Shown: piece after piece, positions 45,164 to 54,207 of the stretch
Position numbering within the stretch: position 1 is the stretch's first letter
Layout of the letters: every line of letters begins with the position of its first letter
Assembly: GCA_964605735.1 (NCBI GenBank)
Contig: CAZSDS010000001.1
Span: 406,559 to 470,558, forward strand
Length of the DNA: 64,000 nucleotides
Direction: 5' to 3'
From: an uncultured Candidatus Saccharibacteria bacterium
GTDB taxonomy: Bacteria; Patescibacteriota; Doudnabacteria; UBA920; O2-02-FULL-48-8
Notes under the pieces: generated by a model
What the model was told of the DNA's origin: nothing
Database searches by the model: none
What the model saw: the letters and a program-made list of their open reading frames with translations, nothing else
Position numbers and translations under genes: made by a program

Positions 45164-45218
45164 ACAATTTACATTCTCCTGACTATTCGAATAAAATTCA
45201 TTAAGTTAATATGTATAT

Positions 45219-45848
45219 ATGATACCACTCTCTGATGAAACAAGGCCAAACCGCACGCCGTTAGTTACTTACCTGCTCCTTGCGGCAAATATTGTGATAT
45301 ATTTTATGGCAACGGAAGCAGACATAGACCTTTACGGCCTGCATGCCGGTGATCTTCTGGCCGGGACAAACTTTTTGAACGTAATCACTTCCATGTTTTT
45401 ACACGGCAGTTTACTGCATGTGATTTTCAATATCTGGTCGCTTTGGATTTTTGGCGACAACGTGGAAGATGATTTAGGACATATAAAATATCTGGTACTC
45501 TACTTGGTTTCAGGCGTGGTCGGCGGATACTTGTTTGCATTGTTTGCTGAACCAGAGGCAATTGCCATTGGCGCGTCCGGTGCAATTTCAGGAGTGATGG
45601 GGGCTTACTTGATTTTACATCCTAGAAACCGTGTACTGGCTTTAATCCCGCTGGGGTTCTTCATCACCACAGCGCGCATCAGCGCGCCCGTATTTATTGG
45701 CCTGTGGTTCTTGCTGCAGTTTATAGGGTTTACCGCCGCAACTGAAACAGGAATCGCCTACTCTGCGCATATAGGCGGCTTCCTTGCTGGCCTTATTCTT
45801 GCCTGGTTGCTCAAACCAAGCAGGCCAAAAGTTGAAGTCGTGCAATAA
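45219..45848 (+). CDS. rhomboid family intramembrane serine protease
   Basis: GASGAISG catalytic Ser and downstream AHIGG catalytic His in TM helices. Confidence 0.8.
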   Translation: MIPLSDETRPNRTPLVTYLLLAANIVIYFMATEADIDLYGLHAGDLLAGTNFLNVITSMFLHGSLLHVIFNIWSLWIFGDNVEDDLGHIKYLVLYLVSGVVGGYLFALFAEPEAIAIGASGAISGVMGAYLILHPRNRVLALIPLGFFITTARISAPVFIGLWFLLQFIGFTAATETGIAYSAHIGGFLAGLILAWLLKPSRPKVEVVQ

Positions 45849-45874
45849 AAAACACTGGAACTGACCAGTGTTTT

Positions 45875-46711
45875 TTATTTGGGTTCTGTTTTATACAACT
45901 TAATCCAATCTTCTACTGACAAATCTTCTGCGCGGGACTTGGGGTCAATGCCGTTTTTTTGCAACCATTCAGAAACTGTTTTTGCATCCAGTTTCAAACC
46001 ATTCGCCAAGTTGTTGTGAAGCTGTTTTCTTTTTGACGAAAAACCAATTTTCACAATCCTAAAAAACGCCTTTTTATCCGCAACATTGTATTTATCATGC
46101 GGCGTAATTTTCAAAACAACGGAATCCACCTTCGGCGATGGCCAAAAGCTTCTCTTGTCAACGTGGGCAATAATTTCAGGACTTGAATACAACTGGACTG
46201 ATACGGCGAGCAAAGACATGTCTCCCAGTTTTGCCGTTACCCGTTCCCCTACTTCCTTCTGAACCAAAAACACCATCAGTTCAGGCTTGTTCTCCAGCTC
46301 CAGAAAAAACTGAAACAGATGCGAAGTCAGGTAATATGGAATGTTGGCCACAACCTTGTAAGGAGTTTTTATCTCCCTGCCCACGTTAAACCGCAATACG
46401 TCCTGGTTGTAAACTTTTACATTTTTACATTCCTTCAGGTTCAAATCCAAAATATCCAGCATGGTACGGTCCTTTTCTATTGCAATGACGTTTCCAGCGC
46501 GCTGTGCCAGCTGCTGAGTGAGCACTCCTAAACCCGGCCCTACTTCCAACACCGTATCCGTCTTTTTCAATTCCGCGGCCTCAACAATGTCTGCCAGCGC
46601 AATTTCGTCCACCAAAAAATTCTGACCCAAGTAATCCTTAGGCTTGATTTGATAATGCCGGAACAAGTCCTTGATAAAGGTTGGTTGGGTTAGCTGGTTC
46701 ATATTATCCAT
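45875..46711 (-). CDS. rsmA: 16S rRNA (adenine1518/1519-N6)-dimethyltransferase
   Basis: GQNFLVD, VLEVGPGLGVLT SAM-binding motif, NIPY catalytic motif. Confidence 0.85.
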   Translation of the reverse strand: MDNMNQLTQPTFIKDLFRHYQIKPKDYLGQNFLVDEIALADIVEAAELKKTDTVLEVGPGLGVLTQQLAQRAGNVIAIEKDRTMLDILDLNLKECKNVKVYNQDVLRFNVGREIKTPYKVVANIPYYLTSHLFQFFLELENKPELMVFLVQKEVGERVTAKLGDMSLLAVSVQLYSSPEIIAHVDKRSFWPSPKVDSVVLKITPHDKYNVADKKAFFRIVKIGFSSKRKQLHNNLANGLKLDAKTVSEWLQKNGIDPKSRAEDLSVEDWIKLYKTEPK

Positions 46712-48767
46712 AGTTTACTTCGTAAATTTCTAGCATCTCATGAGGGATGGCTTTCAAAAAACGCGATGGCACAGACATATTCCTACTACCAAACTGTTTA
46801 CGTGTCATGGCATGCACCAAGTATAAATGTTTTCTGGCCCTCGTTACACCCACATAAGCCAAGCGCACCTCTTCCGCTATATCTTTGGGATCCAAGACAG
46901 AACGGGAGTGCGGCAAAATCCCCTCTTCCAACCCCACAAAAAAGACGATATCAAATTCCAGTCCCTTGGCTTGGTGCAAAGTCATCAAAGTTACCTTAGA
47001 CGTATTTGTATCCATATCATCCACTTTCGTCATTAACGCCACTTCTTCCAAAAACTTCACAAGCCCCTCCTTCCACGGCATATTGTTAAATGTAGTGGCC
47101 ACGTTAAACAATTCCTGCACGTTTTCAAATCTGGACTCGCCTTCCTCTGTCCCGTCACGCAAATAATTTTCATAACCAGTTAACTTCAAAACAGCTCCAA
47201 GGATTTCTGTGAGCGTCCCGCTTTCTTCCAAGTTCCTGATATGATCCATTGTTTCAAAAAACGCTTTGATGGCTGGTTTAACTGAAAACAGCTCAGCCAA
47301 CTTTTGGTCGTCCTTTTCTATGAGCACGGATTTAAGCAAATCAAAAGACTTTGCGCCAATGCCGCGCGGCGGGACATTAATCACCCGCTTTATGCCAACC
47401 AAATCATTCGGATTACTGATCAGGCGCAAGTATGAAAGCAAATCTTTAATTTCTTTTCGCTCATAAAACTTCAAGCCGCCGACAATTTGGTATGGGATGC
47501 CGGCTTCGATCAACATTTCCTCCAAAGCGCGAGACTGGACGTGAGTTCGATACAGGATGGCATAGTTATTCAAGCCGTCGCGGTTTTTAAGTTTAGGCAA
47601 GACCCTGGTTTGAGACTGGCGCATAATACGCCCCAAAATTCCCTCATCTTCGTATTCATATTTCAAGCCCTCTGGCTCCCCATCCTGGTGCTCCAAAATT
47701 TTTTTGGCCACAAACCATGCCTCTGCCATTTCGTCCTCCGCACGGTAAAGCATCGGCTTCTTGCCTTCTGTGTTTTCGGTCCAGAGCTTTTTCTTGTGCT
47801 GTTGTGAGTTCAAGGCAATGATTTTTTCGGCTATGGACAAGATAGGCGCAGTTGACCGGTAATTCTGCTCCAGCTTAACAATAGTTGCTTCCGGATAATC
47901 TTTTTCAAAGTCCAAAATATTTTGCAGATTGGCTCCACGGAATCCGTAAATCGCCTGCGCGTCATCCCCAACAACAAAAACATTCCTGTGCTTGGCGGCC
48001 AGCAATTTGGCCATGCGGTACTGCGAATAATTCGTATCCTGGTATTCGTCTATCAATATATACTGCCAACGGTTCTGATAATGCTCCAAAATATCTTTGT
48101 GTTTTTGGAACAACAGCACTGGCTTCATAATCAAATCGCCAAAATCCACGGCATTGTTTGCTTCCAACCGTTTCTGATATTCCATGTACACGCGCTGGGC
48201 AGTGACATTGAAAGCTTTCTCATCCACCTGAATATCCTCCGGCCCTTCAAGATTGTTTTTTGCGCGGTCAATAATGCTCCCGAACATGGACGGTTTGAAT
48301 TTAGTCGGATCAATCTTGAATTCCATCAAAATATCCTTAAGCAAACTTTCCTGGTCATCGTCATCATAAATGACAAAATTTTTATCAAGTCCCAGATGCT
48401 GGGCTTGCTCGCGGATAATGCGCACACCCAATGAATGAAAGGTTGCCATCAGCGGCACTTCCTCTTTGCTTAACAACTTAGCAATTCGTTCTTTCATTTC
48501 ACCCGCGGCCTTGTTGGTAAATGTCACGGCCAGGATATTTTCGGGCCTAAGCTTAAGCTTCCTGATCAAATACACAATGCGCAAAGTCAGCGCGCGCGTT
48601 TTGCCGCTGCCAGCTCCAGCCAAAATCAAAACAGGCCCCATCGGGGCTGTGACTGCGGCAAGCTGTTCCTTGTTTAAGCCTTCCACCGGTTTCCCGTCCG
48701 CTTTCACTGTCTTGCTCGCCTGCTTTTCAGTCTTTTTTGCAATAATTTTTTTCGTAGTTTTTTTCAT
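46704..48767 (-). CDS. uvrD: UvrD/PcrA-type ATP-dependent DNA helicase
   Basis: GAGSGKT Walker A, DEYQDTN, the SF1 helicase motif set, and C-terminal VGVTRAR. Confidence 0.9.
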   Translation of the reverse strand: MKKTTKKIIAKKTEKQASKTVKADGKPVEGLNKEQLAAVTAPMGPVLILAGAGSGKTRALTLRIVYLIRKLKLRPENILAVTFTNKAAGEMKERIAKLLSKEEVPLMATFHSLGVRIIREQAQHLGLDKNFVIYDDDDQESLLKDILMEFKIDPTKFKPSMFGSIIDRAKNNLEGPEDIQVDEKAFNVTAQRVYMEYQKRLEANNAVDFGDLIMKPVLLFQKHKDILEHYQNRWQYILIDEYQDTNYSQYRMAKLLAAKHRNVFVVGDDAQAIYGFRGANLQNILDFEKDYPEATIVKLEQNYRSTAPILSIAEKIIALNSQQHKKKLWTENTEGKKPMLYRAEDEMAEAWFVAKKILEHQDGEPEGLKYEYEDEGILGRIMRQSQTRVLPKLKNRDGLNNYAILYRTHVQSRALEEMLIEAGIPYQIVGGLKFYERKEIKDLLSYLRLISNPNDLVGIKRVINVPPRGIGAKSFDLLKSVLIEKDDQKLAELFSVKPAIKAFFETMDHIRNLEESGTLTEILGAVLKLTGYENYLRDGTEEGESRFENVQELFNVATTFNNMPWKEGLVKFLEEVALMTKVDDMDTNTSKVTLMTLHQAKGLEFDIVFFVGLEEGILPHSRSVLDPKDIAEEVRLAYVGVTRARKHLYLVHAMTRKQFGSRNMSVPSRFLKAIPHEMLEIYEVNYG

Positions 48768-48989
48768 CTACCTAAGTATAAAATTTTCCCGACCGCACAG
48801 CAAGAAAAAACCTGCATATTTTTACACAAACCCGATTTACGCAAGCTCTTCACAGGCAATTGCTTATGTGCTATAAATCATCGTCGGCTTCGCCGACAAA
48901 GGTTTGCTTTCTGTGGATATTCGTCTAAAAATATCCCTTAAAAAACCGCGTTTTTTGCCTCTAATACACAAAAGCAGGTGCTTAAACTG

Positions 48990-49018
48990 TTGACTAGGAC
49001 ACCCCCTTTTGGTAAGAT
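48990..49018 (+). promoter_or_regulatory. sigma70 promoter upstream of the LysM-M23 peptidase gene (long leader)
   Basis: TTGACT, 17 nt, TAAGAT, ~300 nt upstream of the coding start. Confidence 0.5.
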
Positions 49019-49296
49019 CAAAGGCGCGGAAGTAACAGTTGTGTTTTTACAAATAACCCCGAAAAGCGGCTTATTCTGGAAATAATTTCAGGATAATCGG
49101 TACGGATAAGTCACGGCTCGGGTGTGCAGGAGTTTTTATTCCACTCTCTCAGTCTACGAATGCTTCAGAGGATTCTTATAGACAATCGCGCATTCTCTCC
49201 AACTTATCAGCAACACAAAGCCAGTTTAAAAAATTCTGGCAAACCGGCAGCAAATTCACAATTCACCCATTCAAATCGCTTCACGCGAAGCATCTT

Positions 49297-50433
49297 TTGC
49301 CATTATCACCTACAGACTACATGGCGAGATTCGGTTTGGAGCTGGTGATTTTAGGAATCGCTGTTTTTTCATTGCTCACCAACCTTTCAATCACTGCTCA
49401 CGCCAATCATTTGGAAACAACTGACGAAAGCGTGATTTTTTCTTTCTTGAAGAGCAATCCTGGTTTGAACAACCCTCTGCTGGCCACAACCGGCACCACA
49501 ACAATCCTGGCCCGATCTGACAGCTGGCTCTCTGCCACGGCAGCACATGCCCAGTCACCTTACTCCAGCGCGTTTGCAACCACAGCGGCTGCAGGTTTGA
49601 CAACCATCCAGGAAAATGTGGTTATGAAGACTAATCCTGCTGACACGCAAAACTTCATGCGCCACGGCACCACAGAGTATATAGTTGCTCCCGGAGACTC
49701 CATCATTTCCATTGCCTCTTCTTTTGGCGTTTCACCTCAGACTGTCATGATGGAAAATAAAATTGACGAAACCTCCACTTTAAAACCTGGACAGAAACTG
49801 ATCATCCTTCCTACCACCGGCATTTCCCACGTGGTTGGCCCAACCGAAACAGTTGAATCCATTGCCTCTAAGTATAAAGTCAGTGAAGACGATATTTTGG
49901 ACTTAAACGATATTGAGCTGGCTGAAGACGTTTCCGCAGGCGCAACCTTGGTCATCCCATTAGCCAAGGTTGAGATGCCGGCCCGCCCTACATCAATCGT
50001 CAAGAACAATGTTGGCCAAATCGCTTTGAAACAGGCCCCTGCTCCGGCAAACTTTATTGGAGGCTCAGACTTCATCTGGCCTACTCCGGTCAGAAACATC
50101 ACCCAGGGATACCATAGCTTACATTCTGGATTGGACATCTCCAACAGCCGCCGTGAATCAATCTTCGCCGCTGCTGACGGGTTCGTGGAATTGTCAGGCT
50201 GGAGAACCGGTTACGGCAACACTGTCATCATCAACCACGGCAACGGATTCAAAACCCTTTACGGACACGCTTCTGAAATTTACGTAAAGGCCGGCGACCA
50301 GGTGGTTAAAGGCCAGGTTATTGCCAAGCAAGGCAACACAGGACGTGTGCGAGGGGTCACGGGCATCCACTTGCACTTTGAGATCATCAAAAACGGCGCC
50401 AAGGTCAACCCTCTCTCATACGTCAGACCATAA
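49297..50433 (+). CDS. LysM-domain M23 family metallopeptidase (cell-wall hydrolase)
   Basis: Two LysM repeats (YIVAPGDSIISIA..., HVVGPTETVESIA...). M23 motifs HxxxD and HLHFE. Probable start at 49321 (MARFGLELVILGIAV, signal/TM). Confidence 0.8.
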   Translation: MPLSPTDYMARFGLELVILGIAVFSLLTNLSITAHANHLETTDESVIFSFLKSNPGLNNPLLATTGTTTILARSDSWLSATAAHAQSPYSSAFATTAAAGLTTIQENVVMKTNPADTQNFMRHGTTEYIVAPGDSIISIASSFGVSPQTVMMENKIDETSTLKPGQKLIILPTTGISHVVGPTETVESIASKYKVSEDDILDLNDIELAEDVSAGATLVIPLAKVEMPARPTSIVKNNVGQIALKQAPAPANFIGGSDFIWPTPVRNITQGYHSLHSGLDISNSRRESIFAAADGFVELSGWRTGYGNTVIINHGNGFKTLYGHASEIYVKAGDQVVKGQVIAKQGNTGRVRGVTGIHLHFEIIKNGAKVNPLSYVRP

Positions 50434-50467
50434 ACCCGTAACGTCGCGGAACAAATAAATATAGGCG

Positions 50468-50501
50468 AAGCCACCGCTCAGAAATGGGCGGTGTTTTTAT
50501 T
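50468..50501 (+). terminator. rho-independent terminator (copy 1 of an identical 34-nt module)
   Basis: AAGCCACCGCTCAGAAATGGGCGGTGTTTTTATT: CACCGC/GCGGTG stem plus T-run. Confidence 0.65.
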
Positions 50502-50585
50502 TTCCACTCTTTACAAAAACAGCGCCATCTTATATTATTCCTTATCGTTCCTTTAAACAGCACTCAACCTATATTGGAGGAAAAT

Positions 50586-51596
50586 ATGGAAGCATTGGTT
50601 TGGCTGCTCGTCTTCCCCTACATGTGCATTGGCTACCTCATCGGGATGGCCGCAAACAACCTCTACCTGGACGACCGGCCCAGTGAAGAGTTGACCTTGC
50701 CCAACCGGCTGGCTCGCCTTCTATTCTTCCCGGCTAGTTATCACAACTGGCCCCAAAGGAGCATCGGCGGGGAGTCTGAGGTAGGTCTCGGTTTAAGAAC
50801 TATGGCTGAGGCGCATTTCAGGCGCGACACTCCACCAACGCCGGAACAGCTTCAAAGCTATTGCAGGCTAACATCAGTCGTGTGGCCCATGAAACTCATC
50901 ACGGTACCGTTCTTCCTCATTCAAGTAATTGTCCTATTGTGTTTCATGCCTTTCAGTTATGTAGGCAGGTTGGCGGAAAACACAACCACCAAGCTCGTTT
51001 CTCTGCTCTTTGGCAGCAAGGACATGCAGGATGAAATGGAGAAGAAAATCAACTCCATAAAAGATTTCCTGGAAAAGGAACTGTCCGAGTACTTTGCCGG
51101 CCTGCAGGAAAAAGAAAAACGGTTTGCAGGGCGCCGCAACAAAATCCTGCATCAAATTGAGGAGTGGACAAAGATCCGGGGAGAGGCTTTAGACCAAAAT
51201 CTGCCGACTGACCGGATTGATCTGGTGCTCATGAACCTCAGACAGCACCAGAAGGAAACTGAAACATCGGAGATGAAAAGCCGCGAGGCCACCAAGTTCA
51301 TCGAACAAAAAAAGCGCGAACTCGAGTTTCTCGTCCGCATGCTAAGGCGCTACCAGGAAACCAGCAGCCTGCTCCTGAGCATTAATTCAGAAATTGACCT
51401 TGATCTTGATGAGGGGATCAAAACCAAGCTTGATTCCGCCAACGAGATCATAACCGTTTGCCGCGAGGTTTACACCCTGGACAGCAAACTCCTGCCAATT
51501 CGGCCGAAAACTTCAGATCTTGCTTCGGAAGAATGGCAAAAGCCCGAGATGCAGGCCAACCAAACACCTCAGGCTTCGCTTCCATCAATCCACTGA
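50586..51596 (+). CDS. hypothetical membrane/coiled-coil protein (GC-rich)
   Basis: Strong RBS GGAGGAAAA upstream of MEALVWLL. Two N-terminal TM helices then a long charged coiled-coil. Listed ORF begins at 50484 with an alternative start. Confidence 0.5.
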   Translation: MEALVWLLVFPYMCIGYLIGMAANNLYLDDRPSEELTLPNRLARLLFFPASYHNWPQRSIGGESEVGLGLRTMAEAHFRRDTPPTPEQLQSYCRLTSVVWPMKLITVPFFLIQVIVLLCFMPFSYVGRLAENTTTKLVSLLFGSKDMQDEMEKKINSIKDFLEKELSEYFAGLQEKEKRFAGRRNKILHQIEEWTKIRGEALDQNLPTDRIDLVLMNLRQHQKETETSEMKSREATKFIEQKKRELEFLVRMLRRYQETSSLLLSINSEIDLDLDEGIKTKLDSANEIITVCREVYTLDSKLLPIRPKTSDLASEEWQKPEMQANQTPQASLPSIH

Positions 51597-51609
51597 TCCT
51601 TTCAGGATC

Positions 51610-51643
51610 AAGCCACCGCTCAGAAATGGGCGGTGTTTTTATT
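51610..51643. terminator. rho-independent terminator (copy 2, identical to 50468..50501), bidirectional position
   Basis: Identical 34-mer. Sits between the convergent genes 50586..51596 (+) and 51649..53424 (-). Confidence 0.65.
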
Positions 51644-51648
51644 TATTT

Positions 51649-53424
51649 TTATTCAATTGTCGATCCTACAGAATCTATCCTGCTGTCGTTCAAATCAGAA
51701 ACCGTTAACGTGCTAAGCTGGGTTGATTTTATTTCTTTTCCTGTGAAAGTGTCTGTCGCAACTGCTTGGATATCGCGCAGGAGAGTCATGTTCTGGCCGC
51801 GATTGGCCTCAGAAGGAGTGACTTGCAGTTGGAAAGACACGCTTCTGGCCACGGAGAATCTTCCCTGGAAAGCAGGGATGTTCCCCAGTCGCCACCTGAT
51901 CTTGCTGGCGTTCTGGTCAAATGTCAGATGCTGTTTCTCCGCGTCAGGCGCGATTACGTTAATCCAAGCCGAAGCCGGCAAAGGCATGGAAGCCAACAGT
52001 TCGCCGTCAGCCAGATCATTGCTCAAGTTGGTTAAAGTCACGGTAACTTCAAACGTGGTTGACTCCCCGACTTTCATTGGCAAGGCTCCGCTGACGTATC
52101 GGCCGCTGACAGTCATGCCCAACTCTGACTCGACCTTAACAATTTTTTCTTCGCCCCGAATCGGGCTGGTAACCTGGTCTGAGTAAATCGACACCGCTGT
52201 CTTAACTGTTTGGTTCTTGAGATTTGTAGTGATGTTCGGTTTCAAACCAACTGAGAAATCCAAATCCCCGGTTTGGTTTGGCGAAAGCAATGATAAATTG
52301 CTGACTGTGGCAGATTTCCAGGTTATGGTGTTGCCAGTGATTATGCCATTGGTTGAGCGCAGTTTGGTTAAATCCAGACTGGGACCCTCAATAGTGACGG
52401 TAATTACCACGTTGCTTTGGCTGACAGAGCCGTAATTCGCGTATTTGAGCCTGTATTGCATAGTCTCGCCCAATTTCACCACATCTTTGTCTGTGCTGTG
52501 CTGGATGGCCAAACTGGAAGCCTGAAGCTTAAAGCGGGCGGACGCGTGAATCTGAGGCGCCAAACCGCTGTTCAAAACCAATCCCAAGTCCCCGCTGACC
52601 TGCTGTTCAGAACCAGGGTCGCCTATAAAATTACCAGTCACCTCAATTTTTCCGACAGTGTCGACACCCAGCTTTCCCAAACTCCAGTAGTTATTGTCCT
52701 TTGACGGCGCCGGCTCTGCACTGACAAACATAAATCCTTCCGGATAAGCAAGCTGGACCGCGGTGGCATCAAACTCCTTCCCGGACACATTCTTATAATT
52801 GATGGTAAAAGTGGTGTTCTGGCCATTTGTCACGTCAATCGGCCCGGTAATTTCCATTTCAAGCTCAGGCGCAGTCAAAGCAGTCTTGAAACTCGTCTCA
52901 GTAAAAAAATCTGAGCTGAAATTAGACATCCTGAAAGACAACTTACTGCGCAATTCTTTCACTTCACCCGTGGCCCCGCTGACTTTTGCCTTGATTACCA
53001 CCTCTCCGGTCTGGCCCTGCCTTAATACAGGCAAATCAAAACGCTGGCCGTTTGATGAGCTTGGGCTTGGTTCAGCGCTGACGTATTTGAAATTAGACGG
53101 ATAAAAGACCTCCAGGGTTATCCCGGTCAAATCTGAATTCTCGCCGTTTGTATAGACAATGCGAAATTCTGTTTCGTTCCCTGAGGCAATTTGTTCTGGG
53201 CCTTTGATGTTTAATAGAACGTTAGGCGGTTCTACCGTGCCATCTCCCTGGTTGCGCAAAAAATACAGAGTGGCCACTACAACCAAAAGCAAAACCATGG
53301 CAACACTGCTGATCAACAATGCATGGCTTTTGATCCAGTCCCATATTCCTGGTTTGTGTTGGTTGAAATCTTCAGGAAAATCCTGACGCACGCTTTGGTC
53401 TAAAATTCTGTCGTCCATTTCCAT
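51649..53424 (-). CDS. membrane-anchored surface protein with multiple DUF11/CARDB-like beta-sandwich repeats
   Basis: N-terminal TM after a cytoplasmic segment. Repeated ~100-aa modules with V.YTN.G...L...V. Confidence 0.5.
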   Translation of the reverse strand: MEMDDRILDQSVRQDFPEDFNQHKPGIWDWIKSHALLISSVAMVLLLVVVATLYFLRNQGDGTVEPPNVLLNIKGPEQIASGNETEFRIVYTNGENSDLTGITLEVFYPSNFKYVSAEPSPSSSNGQRFDLPVLRQGQTGEVVIKAKVSGATGEVKELRSKLSFRMSNFSSDFFTETSFKTALTAPELEMEITGPIDVTNGQNTTFTINYKNVSGKEFDATAVQLAYPEGFMFVSAEPAPSKDNNYWSLGKLGVDTVGKIEVTGNFIGDPGSEQQVSGDLGLVLNSGLAPQIHASARFKLQASSLAIQHSTDKDVVKLGETMQYRLKYANYGSVSQSNVVITVTIEGPSLDLTKLRSTNGIITGNTITWKSATVSNLSLLSPNQTGDLDFSVGLKPNITTNLKNQTVKTAVSIYSDQVTSPIRGEEKIVKVESELGMTVSGRYVSGALPMKVGESTTFEVTVTLTNLSNDLADGELLASMPLPASAWINVIAPDAEKQHLTFDQNASKIRWRLGNIPAFQGRFSVARSVSFQLQVTPSEANRGQNMTLLRDIQAVATDTFTGKEIKSTQLSTLTVSDLNDSRIDSVGSTIE

Positions 53425-53444
53425 TTTTGTTTCTCCTACTGTTT

Positions 53445-54107
53445 TTACTTTTGTACCGACAGCAGAAACTGCTCGGATTTAATATTTCTTTCCAAAATAT
53501 ATTCAATAAAATTCTTGATCACGGTATGCGACTGTTTGGCCAGGCTTTCATCCAATCCCAGCCCCGGCAAATCTTCATACTGACATTCAGCCAAATCAAT
53601 CAAGGTCCCGTTCAGATTACCCGGCAGATTAAACGCGGCCTGTGCGTGCTCAATAGAAAAACCAAGGCAATTCATCAAGCGCAGGGAAAAACTGTCCACA
53701 GCTACGAACGCAGGCTGTCGGGAAATATCCGAGCTGTTTAAGAACTCAAAAAAATCCGCAAGCAAATCAAAGGCGTCCTCGTTAGGCTGTTCGTCTGCCG
53801 TCATTTTCAGCATCAATTCCGTGGCGTAAAACGCGGCCACGGTTTTGGGTAAATCGTCACGGAGCTTCGGAAAAATTTTTCTGGATTTGGCTGAGATCAG
53901 CGAAGGCAGGCTCCTCTTTCCAGCAACCTCAAAGTCAACCAGGCTCAAATCCTGCATGCTGAAAGCCAGCTTACTCTTTACCAGACGGAGTCCGCGCGCC
54001 ATAACCCTGACTTTCCCAGCCTCCCTGGTCCAAACAGTAACAATCTGATCTGCTTCCCGGTAATTTTGTTTCTTGAGAACGATTCCCGTAAGTTTATTAT
54101 ATTTCAT
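53445..54107 (-). CDS. recO: DNA repair protein RecO
   Basis: N-terminal OB-fold pattern (KLTGIVLKKQNYREADQIVTVWTREAGKVRVMARG) and C-terminal helical domain. Confidence 0.7.
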   Translation of the reverse strand: MKYNKLTGIVLKKQNYREADQIVTVWTREAGKVRVMARGLRLVKSKLAFSMQDLSLVDFEVAGKRSLPSLISAKSRKIFPKLRDDLPKTVAAFYATELMLKMTADEQPNEDAFDLLADFFEFLNSSDISRQPAFVAVDSFSLRLMNCLGFSIEHAQAAFNLPGNLNGTLIDLAECQYEDLPGLGLDESLAKQSHTVIKNFIEYILERNIKSEQFLLSVQK

Positions 54108-54207
54108 CTGCCTTATTGCAACCATGGCGCAGGTCGCCGACCGCCTCTCTCAACGTTTGGCTAATCGCCGACGTTTCGCGAGACGGATCGGCTCCCGCAC
54201 CCAGGTA

